NCBI GenBank assembly: GCA_030141605.1
Contig: JAQGDQ010001527.1
Coordinates: forward strand, 1 to 36,164
Source of the DNA: Tubiluchus corallicola
Taxonomy: Eukaryota > Animalia > Priapulida
Length of the DNA: 36,164 nucleotides
Direction of reading: 5' to 3'
The translations under genes were made by a program, and so were the position numbers. This document shows positions 33,335 to 36,164 of this stretch, piece after piece (the stretch's first letter is position 1; each line of letters starts with the position of its first letter). The notes under the pieces are model-generated. The model worked only from the letters and a program-made list of their open reading frames with translations. It did no database searches and was not told the DNA's origin.

Positions 33335-33970
33335 TATAGGTTTTACATGTCAAATGTAGACCTGCATTAACTCAAATGTAGACTTAGGTAATTCAAATGT
33401 GTCTTGGTAACTCAAATGTAGACTTAGGTAGTTCAAATGTGTTGGTACTAAATGTAGACTTAGGTAGTTCTGTGTTAACAATGGTTTTCAAGAAATCTTA
33501 AGTGTTTTTGGTAAGTCAAATGTAGACACATGTCAAGTCAAATGTGACATTGGTATCTCAAATGTGGATAGGTGGTAAAGTTTAAGGATGTTAAATTTAA
33601 TCTTCTTTAATTTCAATTTAATCATTGCTCTTAAGTTAAAATAACAACGTTATAGGTTCACTAATATTCTGCAAACTTTACATGCCATTGGACCTGTTAG
33701 AGAAAACAATACATTCTTAAAATAAGCAATGTTTCTTGAGAGAAACTAATTCATTAATGCAGTGCTAATGTATTACTTAAAAAACTAATTAGTGATTCAC
33801 TGTTCATTGGGAAGTGGGAACCGATTTATTCAAAGTACCGCATCTACATTTGACTTACCTAAGTCACATTTGAGTTACCAAAACACATTCGAAATTCCTA
33901 TGTCTGCATTTGACTTACCTAAGTCACATTTGAACTTTCCTGTGTCTACATTTGACGTGTAAAACCTATA
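33335..33970. mobile_element. TA-flanked MITE family A, copy 3
   Basis: TATAGGTTTTACATGTC...GACGTGTAAAACCTATA; colinear with copy 1. Confidence 0.9.
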
Positions 33971-34301
33971 TTACAGGTATAGAAGTATTGGTCATCAGCT
34001 TACTCTATGCACTGCGAACGTTTTTAATAAATATAAGAAACGAAGTAATGCCGAAACTACTTTGTGTAGCTAAAAATTACGAAAAAGTATTTAAAAATAT
34101 TAATTTATATAAGTGAATTAACAATAAATTAAAAAGTATACTTTTTCCGCAGCAAATTATGCACTAATTATGTATTTACAAAAGGCCAAATAGGTAATGA
34201 ATAAGCAGACCTGTAGAAAAGAAATTGATACAATAAATTACGCACTAATTAAGTATTTAACAGAAGCCAAATAGATAATGAATAAGCAGACCAGTAAAGA
34301 A

Positions 34302-36164
<1,863 letters not shown>

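Overview
AT-rich, repeat-dense eukaryotic DNA with GT-AG introns, most likely from an invertebrate animal. There is no prokaryotic content and no CRISPR array. Genes: (1) a complete 7-exon, 244-aa L-xylulose reductase (DCXR) on the minus strand, 25266->8205, with the catalytic-tetrad Asn107 replaced by His; (2) an intronless, probably GPI-anchored non-trypsin S1A serine protease (28117->27074); (3) a terminal C-type lectin exon with QPD/WND motifs that the ORF track missed (29598->29369), flanked by two 5S-rRNA-derived elements; (4) a signal-peptide first exon of a secreted protein (1996->1906); (5) a candidate plus-strand gene starting head-to-head with DCXR. The rest is minisatellites (three unrelated 29-bp arrays plus 33, 51, 173, 72, 39, 45, 245 and 96-bp units), MITEs (hAT-like, Kolobok-like, Tc1-derived, TA-flanked foldback-like), L2/CR1-group LINE relics, and a >=1.9-kb inverted repeat with a 2.6-kb spacer that runs off the right edge. 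Almost all long ORFs in the track are repeat artefacts. I found no clearly new biological system. The best leads are the lectin/protease/inverted-repeat neighbourhood, DCXR N107H and MITE-borne splice-donor arrays.
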